Shown here piece after piece: positions 15,248-23,941 of a stretch of 31,479 nucleotides of DNA. Under the pieces are notes generated by a model. The model did no database searches and was not told where the DNA came from. It was given only the letters and a program-made list of their open reading frames with translations. Every line of letters begins with the position of its first letter. Within the stretch, counting starts at the first letter, position 1. Source of the stretch: a virus (lineage: Duplodnaviria > Caudoviricetes); IMG/VR virus record IMGVR_UViG_3300020458_000001, positions 1-31,479 of that record. The stretch is one strand, 5' to 3'. Made by a program: the position numbers and the translations under genes.

Positions 15248-16755
15248 TATTTTCTCCTGCCCCCAATCCGCCTATTCTTTGCGTTGCCGTATCCGCCGCC
15301 GGGTAACGAGGTCGAGGAAGTGGGCAATGCATCGTCGCGCGCATCGTCTGGAAATGTGCCCGGGGGCCAGGCGGACTTGGGCAATCCCAGCTGAGACATG
15401 TCATAAGGGACAGGGCGGTTGATTGGCGGAACAGGGAGCGGCCCCCGCTTCCCGCCCTCAATGCGCAAAATACGGCCCTCAAGCTCATCGTTGCGCTCGC
15501 TAAGCCGCCCGATCATGCCAAGCGCTGCGCCGACAGCTTGCCCGCGATCGATCGCTTTCCCACGCGGCGTGTCTACCACCATACTCCGACCGAGCGGGCC
15601 GCCGCGCTCTGCGTCTTGGGCCATAATCCCCAAGCGCCGGCCGCCTGGGAGGCCGTTCCCGGGCTTGTATTCGTATTGATACAATTTCAGAGCATCCGCC
15701 AATTCATCCGCCATCAGTCGCTGATCAGCAAAATACTCGTCTCCGATTTGCCGCTGGCGAGCGTTGAAGTCGTCCTCATATTGCTGCACGGCCCTTTTCT
15801 CCGCCTCGGAGCCCCGCCGCATCTCATCGCGCCGCCGCTGCGTCATGGTTTGATCAAAATTGCCGGGCGCCGATGGTTCTAACATTGCGCTCAAAGTACG
15901 ATCAATGCGCCGATCTGGAACGATCCTGACGTCGCGCTTCAGATCACGATCGGAACTGTCCTCCCAATCGCTGCCGCCTGGGGCAGCGGCGTTATAGTCG
16001 GAATAATCAACGGGCGCCTGCGACGCCTGCGCTACTTGTGCTCCTAGTTGAGCAGTCGTCCCGAGCATTTGTGAGCCCATCCCGATCGCTTGCGCTTGCT
16101 GCTGAAGGTTCCGTGTCTGGTCGCCATAGCGTTTGGCGTGGATATAATCTTCGTAGTTTTGCATTTCTTGGCGGCGTAGTCCTCGCTCGCGCTGCATTGT
16201 TTCAGCTGAGAAACGGAGCGCGTCTAGGTATCGCGCCCGCGCCCTGGCAGACGCTTGAGTTGTTTCCATGGCCCCCCTTTCCGCTGTGCCCAACTGATCT
16301 CTTGATCCAGCGAACAGCGCCGCCCTACCTCGGAGCGCCGAGCGGCCGGCGCCTGAAAATTGCTTTGTGCGGCCGACTCCTCGCTGAAGGGCCGTGAGCT
16401 GATCAGCGCCAAGGCCGGCGCGTGTTCTGGCCGCCCCCACTCCGCCGGTGTCCTGAATGTTTCTTAGGTTTTCATATGCGCGGCGCTGCTCTTCGATCAG
16501 GTGCGGTTTTGTGATCGATCGTTTCACGCTGGTGTGAAAACCTTTGTCCGCGAACGTGGTAGGAAGTCCCCGCTCGCGTTCCCGCCACTCCCAATCGCCG
16601 ACACCCGCCGCCCTTTTTCTTTGATCTTCGGGCGAGATCCCCTCATAGACGTGGAACCCCGGCATGTGGGACTTAGGCGTGGATTTTGTTTCTATCCCGG
16701 CGTCATGGAGTAATTTGATGTACTCGGGCGAGTGTTCTGGCTCCCAAAACGGCAT
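15247..16755 (-). CDS. Putative ejection protein with a C-terminal Peptidase_S74 intramolecular chaperone (502 aa)
   Basis: SDRDLKRDV...LKLYQYEYK...RLGIMAQDAE...MIGRLSERNDELEGRI. Confidence 0.8.
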   Translation of the reverse strand: MPFWEPEHSPEYIKLLHDAGIETKSTPKSHMPGFHVYEGISPEDQRKRAAGVGDWEWRERERGLPTTFADKGFHTSVKRSITKPHLIEEQRRAYENLRNIQDTGGVGAARTRAGLGADQLTALQRGVGRTKQFSGAGRSALRGRAALFAGSRDQLGTAERGAMETTQASARARARYLDALRFSAETMQRERGLRRQEMQNYEDYIHAKRYGDQTRNLQQQAQAIGMGSQMLGTTAQLGAQVAQASQAPVDYSDYNAAAPGGSDWEDSSDRDLKRDVRIVPDRRIDRTLSAMLEPSAPGNFDQTMTQRRRDEMRRGSEAEKRAVQQYEDDFNARQRQIGDEYFADQRLMADELADALKLYQYEYKPGNGLPGGRRLGIMAQDAERGGPLGRSMVVDTPRGKAIDRGQAVGAALGMIGRLSERNDELEGRILRIEGGKRGPLPVPPINRPVPYDMSQLGLPKSAWPPGTFPDDARDDALPTSSTSLPGGGYGNAKNRRIGGRRK

Positions 16756-19700
16756 TAGCTTCTCTCCTCTGGCGATGGCTTAACAAGCCCGCGCTTAATC
16801 CCAAGCTCCATCATCAATCCGGCCACTGAGTAGCCCTGACCCGAAACGGTTGAGCCGTCCGTCGCATCCGCATCTGAGATCTTAATCTTGAGCGCGGTGC
16901 TCTTCTGCTGTCTAACTCGCATCTCCGGCCTCTCAACTGGCAAAAGCGGGAAAGCTGCAATTTGATTTGCGAACCATGTTCTAGTCTGAGTTGCGCTTGC
17001 AGCATCAAAATCATTGTACACCGTAACCGTCAGATCGTGCGAGTCCAGCCGCTCGCATAGCGGCACGGCTCGGCGAACGCGCTGATAACCACTCTGCTCG
17101 GCCGCTTGTAGCCACGCCGTCTGTATCTCGAGCGGGTAATATTCGGCATTATCTTTGTATGTGTCGGGGATCTGCTGGTGCACCCTGCCGTCCGTTGTCA
17201 CGACGAAGAACGCGCCATCGTGCAAAGTCGCACCGGCAAGTAGCAGTCGCGCGCCGCCGGCCGCTTTCGGTTCCCAGTATGACCACGCGCCGACGAGATA
17301 ATTATAGACGAGTATAATTGACTCGGTGTTACCGGAGCACACGAACCGCAACTCTGAGCTACCAGCCACAAGCACCGATGCGTTGACGGTTGGGTAGGCG
17401 TCGCTCAAGTCTCTCACCGACTCGCCAGGAAATGAAACATCAAGCCCTCGAGACAGCATATGAAAGCCGCGCGCCCCCCGAAACATAACCCCGCCGGGAA
17501 ACTCAATGACGCTCCGCGCCTCCAGGCATCCGGTGTCTGATGAGACCGAGGTTAGCGGTGAAAAGTCGCTGGCGCTACCGTCGTCCCCGGGGCCCGAGCC
17601 GGCAACAACATAGACGCTACTATTAGTAAAGACGGCAATCTTGTCATCCAGATCGGCTAAACCGGTTACCCTCTCCCCATTTGGGGCCTGCATTGAAAAC
17701 GCTCGATTGGTTTCTGGCGCGGGAGTCAGCGCGCTGGTGCCAGCTGAGAATATCTTGCTGTACTGAACGCGACTCGGTTCTACCATGCCGCCGAACCACA
17801 TCCGCTCACCGATTGTGCTTAGGATCTGGGTGCTCGTCGCTGGCGACGCTTCCAGCTCCAACGACTCGGTATACAGCGCACTGAACGTATTTCCTAAATG
17901 TAGAATCCCTTCCGTCAATGTGGATAACCCAATGTCCGGATCTTCTGGGTAATCAATATCTGAGGCCACAAATGGGTTATTATTTGCAGCCAGCCGATAG
18001 ACGCCTCCCGCGTCGGCCATGTAATAATGTGCGCCCTGTTTACGGGGCGCAGTCGCCGCAACTGCGCCAGGGATCTCCGTGAGCCTGTTCGTGAACGGGG
18101 AAGTGTACATTTGGCAAAGATTGGAATTTGCCGCCAAGGGGGAAGCGAACGCCGCGCTCGGCGCGGAGCGGTGCACGCAGCCCCGCTCATCCACTGTCCA
18201 CCAGATCCCAATATAAAGAGATCCGATCGGAATAGCCGCCCCCACTGTTGCCTGACTGATAGTTACTCCAACCGGCGCTATCCAGCCGAGTTCTTCGACT
18301 ACTACCCCAGCGTACCAGCTTACAAATCCGCCGGAGATAGCGAGGCCGCCAAACTTCGGCAATGCAACTGTGGTTGCTGCGTCGAAATCAAGCGTTGCCA
18401 TGCGACCCGAGTCGGTTAGCCCTTTTCCTCGATACGCGAAACTGTACTTGCTTCCAACTTTCACAGTATTGGGAGACGGCAGCGTTGGATCTGCGGCGAT
18501 TGCCTTTCCCGCTTCATCTAGGTAACAGACCAGCTTCGGCTGTATTGCGCGGTCAGATAGTCGCAAGTCAAAAACCGCGCTGCATTGCTGGTTTAATTCG
18601 TTGGCGCAGTGCACGGCTTGATATGCGCGGCCCTCGTGGACAAAGGGAGCGGCGCAGCCCGACGCGTTGCTCATCCTGGAGCCACCAACCAGAGCCGCGC
18701 CGGCCGGCGTGCGGGTTTTGCTGGACATGTGAATCGGTTTCGGCAGCGGCGGCACCCCGTCACGCCAAGAATAGGTGCACGCCACCGTGTCGACTCCGCC
18801 AATTATTCCACGCGTGACGCCGAGGTTATAAAACACATCCGGTTGCTCGATCGTGAACGTCTCGAGCACCACAGACCAGTCGACGACATAGGTGGCCACA
18901 TCGATCGAATAAAGCACCATAGTGCCCCCGGCGATTGCCACATCCGCGTGGGTGAGAACATAAAGTGTGCCAGCTCCATCATCGTGCATCGCTAATACTG
19001 AGTGAATGGAATGAGCTGTAAGAACAACGGTGAGGCTGACCACGCCAAGCTCATCGATCTTTTGTAGTTCAATGTCGCCATGGTTTAGCGTCGGATGCGT
19101 TGACGACGCCACGCGCGCAAAGTGACAATTTGCCGCCGCGTCAGACGCTGAGGTGATGAGGTCAAAACCGTAGTACTCCCCGGCAACTGATACAGATATG
19201 AAGGCCGGGGCCGTCTCTGGCGTGGCTAGGTTGTAGCGGTATAGTTTGTACATGAACCCGCCAGCTGGCGGAACTGGCGGCGGCACCCATTCCGCGTAGC
19301 AAATCAGGAATGAGTTGCCCACCGCGGCGGGCCTAGGCTCCTTCAATTCCACGAATGAGACCTGAATTGTGTGCGGCGGCAGGATTACAGATCCGGCAGC
19401 GTCTCGGCTTGTAATAATGATCGCGTACTGTTGCGTGTTGGGCGCAGCTTGCCCAGTTGCGCGCCATCCACGCGCAACTATCAGCTCAACACCGGTCGAA
19501 TGCCGGTCATGATCGCTCGTCGCATATTTTAGTGAATCGTCAAATATTGCCTCGGTTTCCGCTCCAAGCGGAGAGACTATCCCGCGCCTCTCCCACCCGC
19601 TCACGCCCTCGTTATATGCATATAGGTGATCGTACCCAATGAGCACTAGCTCCTGGCCCGTGGAGAAAATCCCGCGGATCTTTGGCAGGTCGAAAGTGTC

Positions 19701-19883
19701 GCCGCCTTGCCGAACTGAGGTGGCAAAAGCCGTAAAGCCTTCACGCTTGCTGATGGCTCCACGCTTGTTGAATTGGCCATTTTTGCAATCCGCCAGCGTA
19801 GACACGGGCTGGATACGCGGATCGATCCCCTGCTCTAGTCCGCTGACCATCGGGATAAATGCCTTCGACCATTCGAGCGCCAT
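16755..19883 (-). CDS. Tail nozzle / packaged-DNA stabilisation protein (P22 gp10 / T7 gp12-like), about 1042 aa
   Basis: N-terminal GLEQGIDP...NGQFNKRGAISKREGF; beta-propeller-like C-half (VQYSK, DTGCLEARSVI, VYNYLVGAWSYW); position after the adaptor; start revised to the TGATG-coupled ATG. Confidence 0.75.
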   Translation of the reverse strand: MALEWSKAFIPMVSGLEQGIDPRIQPVSTLADCKNGQFNKRGAISKREGFTAFATSVRQGGDTFDLPKIRGIFSTGQELVLIGYDHLYAYNEGVSGWERRGIVSPLGAETEAIFDDSLKYATSDHDRHSTGVELIVARGWRATGQAAPNTQQYAIIITSRDAAGSVILPPHTIQVSFVELKEPRPAAVGNSFLICYAEWVPPPVPPAGGFMYKLYRYNLATPETAPAFISVSVAGEYYGFDLITSASDAAANCHFARVASSTHPTLNHGDIELQKIDELGVVSLTVVLTAHSIHSVLAMHDDGAGTLYVLTHADVAIAGGTMVLYSIDVATYVVDWSVVLETFTIEQPDVFYNLGVTRGIIGGVDTVACTYSWRDGVPPLPKPIHMSSKTRTPAGAALVGGSRMSNASGCAAPFVHEGRAYQAVHCANELNQQCSAVFDLRLSDRAIQPKLVCYLDEAGKAIAADPTLPSPNTVKVGSKYSFAYRGKGLTDSGRMATLDFDAATTVALPKFGGLAISGGFVSWYAGVVVEELGWIAPVGVTISQATVGAAIPIGSLYIGIWWTVDERGCVHRSAPSAAFASPLAANSNLCQMYTSPFTNRLTEIPGAVAATAPRKQGAHYYMADAGGVYRLAANNNPFVASDIDYPEDPDIGLSTLTEGILHLGNTFSALYTESLELEASPATSTQILSTIGERMWFGGMVEPSRVQYSKIFSAGTSALTPAPETNRAFSMQAPNGERVTGLADLDDKIAVFTNSSVYVVAGSGPGDDGSASDFSPLTSVSSDTGCLEARSVIEFPGGVMFRGARGFHMLSRGLDVSFPGESVRDLSDAYPTVNASVLVAGSSELRFVCSGNTESIILVYNYLVGAWSYWEPKAAGGARLLLAGATLHDGAFFVVTTDGRVHQQIPDTYKDNAEYYPLEIQTAWLQAAEQSGYQRVRRAVPLCERLDSHDLTVTVYNDFDAASATQTRTWFANQIAAFPLLPVERPEMRVRQQKSTALKIKISDADATDGSTVSGQGYSVAGLMMELGIKRGLVKPSPEERS

Positions 19884-20239
19884 CAAAACACCCAAACATC
19901 TGCAACAAATGTTGTGCTCGCTTGAATCATCAACTGGGTAGCCGTTCTCTCAACTTCGAACCCAGTGTTAGCGGCTCCGCGTACCCTCTTCATGCTCCAG
20001 CCACGCGGGGCGTTTCCCATGCCGTGGTTAATCACAGTAACGGCGCCGCCTATAAACGATATGTCTTTAAAAAGTTTACCGTCGAGGAATCGAGATCCAT
20101 CCGGGGCCCTGCCATCGAGTGACGGCGCGTCAGCTCTGGGAATGCCGCGGCTAATTAGTTGCCGGCGGAGATTCTCGCCAGATGATTGCGTCTGCTGGTT
20201 TGCAAACTCCTGAGGGCGTGGAAGAGCAGTTCTGCGCAT
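19883..20239 (-). CDS. Small virion protein (118 aa)
   Basis: Beta-rich C-half with INHGMGNAPRGW; located between adaptor and nozzle. Confidence 0.65.
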   Translation of the reverse strand: MRRTALPRPQEFANQQTQSSGENLRRQLISRGIPRADAPSLDGRAPDGSRFLDGKLFKDISFIGGAVTVINHGMGNAPRGWSMKRVRGAANTGFEVERTATQLMIQASTTFVADVWVF

Positions 20240-20242
20240 GAG

Positions 20243-20986
20243 CTAGCTGTTCCAGTTGTTCATAGTCCAGACCCAGCCAAACCCGGCCCAGTCGCCCTTT
20301 GTGTCGGTGATATGCTCGGGAAATGATGCATCCCGTGACCCAGCTAGCGCCCTAATACGCATCTCGAGCGCCGCCCGCTCACCCATGAGAACGCCCGGAT
20401 CGCTCTCCTCTTTCGTGAGCATTTTAATAGCTGCGCTCAAACACGCAAATTCTTCGTATCCACTCACCCCGTCAAACGTGTCAGGGTTTGCCGTAAGCAC
20501 GGGAGCCGCCGGAATGTAGGTAACACTAAGGGTCCACCCTGTTTTAGGCGGCGGAAGGATCGTGATCGTGTCGTTGTACAGCGCTGGATCCGGCCTGCTT
20601 CGGCCGGTTATTCGATAATAAGTATTAACTGACGACGCGCTGTTGCTTGCCGACATTGCATTTAGCTGGGCGGTCTCTTTCCAGTTCCATGCCTTGGGGT
20701 TGTAGAAATTCGAGCCGTCGTAAAGCTGCACCCCGATTAGTTGAAAAAACGCAGCGTCTAGATCGTAGCGCTGTGTCCCGGTTAGCAGTGCGATGACTTG
20801 AGTGTTGGCGTAGTAGTCTTCTCCTCGCGCTCCAATTAGCAAATTGTAGAGCGAGGCCAGCCCGTCGTTCAAATGCCGGTCAACTTCGGCATCTGTACAA
20901 AACGCACTAGCCCCGCTGGTCGTCTCCATGTTGGCTAACTCCCGTGCGCGGGTTCGCATTGCGAGCAACGTTACGGGAATTCCCAT
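20243..20986 (-). CDS. Head-tail adaptor / tail tubular protein A-like
   Basis: VTLLAMRTRARELA...TDAEVDRHLNDG...ITILPPP...VTYIP...EEFACLSAAIKML; typical adaptor layout and synteny. Confidence 0.8.
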   Translation of the reverse strand: MGIPVTLLAMRTRARELANMETTSGASAFCTDAEVDRHLNDGLASLYNLLIGARGEDYYANTQVIALLTGTQRYDLDAAFFQLIGVQLYDGSNFYNPKAWNWKETAQLNAMSASNSASSVNTYYRITGRSRPDPALYNDTITILPPPKTGWTLSVTYIPAAPVLTANPDTFDGVSGYEEFACLSAAIKMLTKEESDPGVLMGERAALEMRIRALAGSRDASFPEHITDTKGDWAGFGWVWTMNNWNS

Positions 20987-20995
20987 CGGAAACCT

Positions 20996-21220
20996 CTATT
21001 TTTTAGGGCCGAGGGCGATCATCACGCCAACCCCGCCGCCTTTTTCGTGCTGGATGCATTCGTAGATTACGGCCTTAAGGGCCTCGAACGCGTCCTCATT
21101 ATCGCCTTTTTTGTGAGCTTTTACAAAGGCGTCGAAAGCCTCGCGGGCATCTTCCCCCTCGCTCTCATGCTCCCGATCTTCTTTCTTCCGTAAGTAGTCG
21201 CTGATTTTAGCTGCGAACAT
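20996..21220 (-). CDS. Hypothetical charged protein (74 aa)
   Basis: GGAGG RBS; fills the gap in the head operon. Confidence 0.75.
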   Translation of the reverse strand: MFAAKISDYLRKKEDREHESEGEDAREAFDAFVKAHKKGDNEDAFEALKAVIYECIQHEKGGGVGVMIALGPKK

Positions 21221-21229
21221 AACACCCTC

Positions 21230-21592
21230 CTATCGCTGCATGTGGATCAGGACGGTCACACCGCGCGCAGCGGTATCGACTAGGCTGATCGCGCTGCCTG
21301 CGAAATCAACCACCTTTGTTCGAATCGTGATCGTTGTGTTAGTTGTCGCCGAGACGTTGCAAAGAAATTCGTCTGACACGTCATCAATTTCCGCAACGGC
21401 CATAACAACGGCCCATCGCTGTTTCAGGGTAACGACATATGTTCCAGCCGAACCGGTGACCGCCGGGCCAGCAATGCTTAGGGCAATACCACCAGGATCC
21501 GTAATTGTGGATGGATCGTTTGCGTCATCCGTGACGAAGTTGATCTCCGCCATGACATTCTCTCGGGTTTGCGATCGTACAGGATACAGCAT
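21230..21592 (-). CDS. Beta-rich virion protein, possible capsid decoration (120 aa)
   Basis: AGGAG RBS; immediately after the MCP; GTYVVTL...TTITIRT strands. Confidence 0.6.
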   Translation of the reverse strand: MLYPVRSQTRENVMAEINFVTDDANDPSTITDPGGIALSIAGPAVTGSAGTYVVTLKQRWAVVMAVAEIDDVSDEFLCNVSATTNTTITIRTKVVDFAGSAISLVDTAARGVTVLIHMQR

Positions 21593-21604
21593 AGCGCTAG
21601 ACTC

Positions 21605-22807
21605 CTACCAAGTAATGAGACAGTTGTGGCCCGGCTCTTTGCAAATCAGGTTGTGGTAGCTCCGGATGCGAAACTGGACGGAGTCCGTCCCAGCATCACG
21701 AAGCAGCTTCTGCCCGTCGTCAGTCGCGAAATGCGGAGCTTCCCCGAGGCTTTTCAGCTCCCATGAATCGCGCTTAGCAAGCACACCGATCGCATACGGG
21801 CAACTAGGATCGCTCATAACCTTAATCTCTCCCTGGGGGCCAGCGAAAGACATCGCGCGATACCCAATATCAGGAATGTCGGTCTGAACATCGATCCACG
21901 TTTTACTGTTCGCCGACTTTTGCAGCTCGGCGAATCGCTTGTTGTTCATCCACAAAGTATCAGGATCGCCTCCGTTGATCGCCGCCTCCGCGCTCGCATC
22001 AAACACCGAATCCTCGATGGGAGATCCTCCCCCATTAAATTTCACTCCCGCAAGCCTGGTACTATCTAACGTCCTATTAACCCCAAAGAAGTTATCAAGC
22101 GGCACAAGCAATGGCGTGGTTAGCCACGACTGAACGCCGGCCATGCAATTTCCATAGTCGCCTTGGCGAAATATATAATTGTTTACAGCGAGGCCCCAGG
22201 CGGCAACTTCGCCCGCTCCGAATGTCACTGTGCCAAGCTGCCGATCGACGGAAACAACAGTTGCCTGCGTGCCGATCACACCAGCAACAGGCGGCTGCCC
22301 ATCGTCGGTTGAACGCTGGCAAATCATGCCAATCTCAAAAAACACAACGTCGTTGACATTGGTCAACGTGACAGTGTCGGTGGCGATCACCGCACACCGG
22401 CCACGCGCGCCTCCGCCATTGCCCCAACTTTGGAACGCTAGCGAGCGGCCCATTTCATACATCCCAGCACGGATCGACGTGTCGAGCGCTCTAGCGATTG
22501 CTCCGCGATCATTTCCGCTAGCGAGCAAGGTCTCGCTGTCAACGCTCGCTATGCTGTAGTCCTTGCGGCGAGTCACCAAGAATTTCACCGTCGTAGGATT
22601 TCCGGTTAGCGTCACCGCGTCGGAAAAGTTTGTGCTTCCGCGGTTACCGCTAATGATGGGGACGACGCCTGCCGCGCTTCCTACAAAGTCGGTTTTCTTT
22701 GGTACCCAGCTCAAAAACGGCGCGCGAGGATACCACAGCTCACGCAGTCCGCGCGGGTAGAGCTCCTTGAGAGCCGCAGAAAAATTTGTTAGATTGAGAA
22801 TTGCCAT
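21605..22807 (-). CDS. Major capsid protein (400 aa)
   Basis: Size, position after the scaffold, N-terminal FSAALKELY, and PDTLWMN..RFAELQ / EIKVMSDPSCP / YHNLICKEP patterns typical of HK97-fold capsids. Confidence 0.85.
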   Translation of the reverse strand: MAILNLTNFSAALKELYPRGLRELWYPRAPFLSWVPKKTDFVGSAAGVVPIISGNRGSTNFSDAVTLTGNPTTVKFLVTRRKDYSIASVDSETLLASGNDRGAIARALDTSIRAGMYEMGRSLAFQSWGNGGGARGRCAVIATDTVTLTNVNDVVFFEIGMICQRSTDDGQPPVAGVIGTQATVVSVDRQLGTVTFGAGEVAAWGLAVNNYIFRQGDYGNCMAGVQSWLTTPLLVPLDNFFGVNRTLDSTRLAGVKFNGGGSPIEDSVFDASAEAAINGGDPDTLWMNNKRFAELQKSANSKTWIDVQTDIPDIGYRAMSFAGPQGEIKVMSDPSCPYAIGVLAKRDSWELKSLGEAPHFATDDGQKLLRDAGTDSVQFRIRSYHNLICKEPGHNCLITW

Positions 22808-22861
22808 TGGTCCGATTGCTCCGTGGGGGAAGCTACCGGACTGACGCGATCATATTGGCTA

Positions 22862-23929
22862 TTAGGGCACGATGTCCGGCAGCAGTTTTGCCGCGCTGGC
22901 AATGCGCTCCTCACGCGTCAATTCGCGCCGGGAGCTGCTGCCGTTTGCGGCTTGTGATGCGTTCGAAATTGTCGCGGGCCTATTAAGACCTGCTTCTGGT
23001 TTCGCATGCGCCGGGAGACCGTGACCCTGTACAGATTTTGCTTGCGCCGGGTTGTCACCCTGAAGCGAGTTTAATCGCTTAGATGTAAATTCATATTCTT
23101 CACGGGCCATTTTGTCAAGCGCGTCAGCTATGTCGGGCAACGTTACACCTTGAGCCTCGCCGCTTGCGTGCTCCTCGGCCCATGCGAGCGCGGCGCGGGT
23201 TTGGTTGGCTATTCGCTGCTGTGGCCATGCGGCCAAGTGTGGCCATTTTGCCGCGTGATCCGCGTCGTCCGGGATGCCGACAAACTCATCAATAAAACCA
23301 TTAATAACATTAAGTTTGCGGTCTTGTGCTAGCTGGATCGTGCGGTGCTCCCGGGCCTCGTCTCGCCGCTTGAACTCGCCCATTAAATCGTCGCGAAGTT
23401 TCCTGATCTCGGATTGCGAGCCGTCTGCCTCTTGGGCATCCTCATCATAGAGCCCGAGCCGGGAGCGCGTCAGCTTGTCGTAGAAATCACCCGAGGTCTT
23501 TCCACTAAACTGCGCCAAGCGCTCGAGCGCCGCTTCCGGATCTGACTCCATCAACTCCGCCAACTGCTCCCGCTTTGCAATCTCAGCCTCGCGCCGATCC
23601 ATCAGGGCGGTCCTCTCCTCCAGCTCGGAGAGTTTTCGATCAGCCTGTGCGCGGTATCGCTTTGCCTGAGCCACCCTCCACGCTAGCGAGCCACCCTTTT
23701 CTTCCGCCGGTTTAGCTCCTTCTGGCTCTTCTGGCTCTTCTGGCTCCTCAGGCTCTTTGGCCCCTTCGGCCTCCTCGGTCTGCCCTTGGGCCTCCTCGGT
23801 CTGCCCTCGGACCTCCTCAGGCTGCCCCGGGGCCTCTTCGGCCTGTTCCTGGGCCTGCTCCTCAGTCTGCTCAGTGTCTGACGCTGCAATCATGGCGGCG
23901 GCAGCTTCGATCCGTTCTTCAGCGATCAT
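22862..23929 (-). CDS. Capsid scaffolding protein (355 aa)
   Basis: Very acidic repetitive N-terminus (EEAQGQT, EEP repeats), coiled coil, basic C-terminal helix LTREERIASAAK; between portal and MCP. Confidence 0.8.
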   Translation of the reverse strand: MIAEERIEAAAAMIAASDTEQTEEQAQEQAEEAPGQPEEVRGQTEEAQGQTEEAEGAKEPEEPEEPEEPEGAKPAEEKGGSLAWRVAQAKRYRAQADRKLSELEERTALMDRREAEIAKREQLAELMESDPEAALERLAQFSGKTSGDFYDKLTRSRLGLYDEDAQEADGSQSEIRKLRDDLMGEFKRRDEAREHRTIQLAQDRKLNVINGFIDEFVGIPDDADHAAKWPHLAAWPQQRIANQTRAALAWAEEHASGEAQGVTLPDIADALDKMAREEYEFTSKRLNSLQGDNPAQAKSVQGHGLPAHAKPEAGLNRPATISNASQAANGSSSRRELTREERIASAAKLLPDIVP

Positions 23930-23941
23930 TTTCTCTCCTAA

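Noticed and set aside
19883-22807. Genome-wide TAG reassignment (alternative genetic code)
   Set aside because: Long genes are intact under code 11, SSB ends at TAG right after its DFF tail, and most TAG-separated ORFs have their own SD. Only local read-through remains possible.
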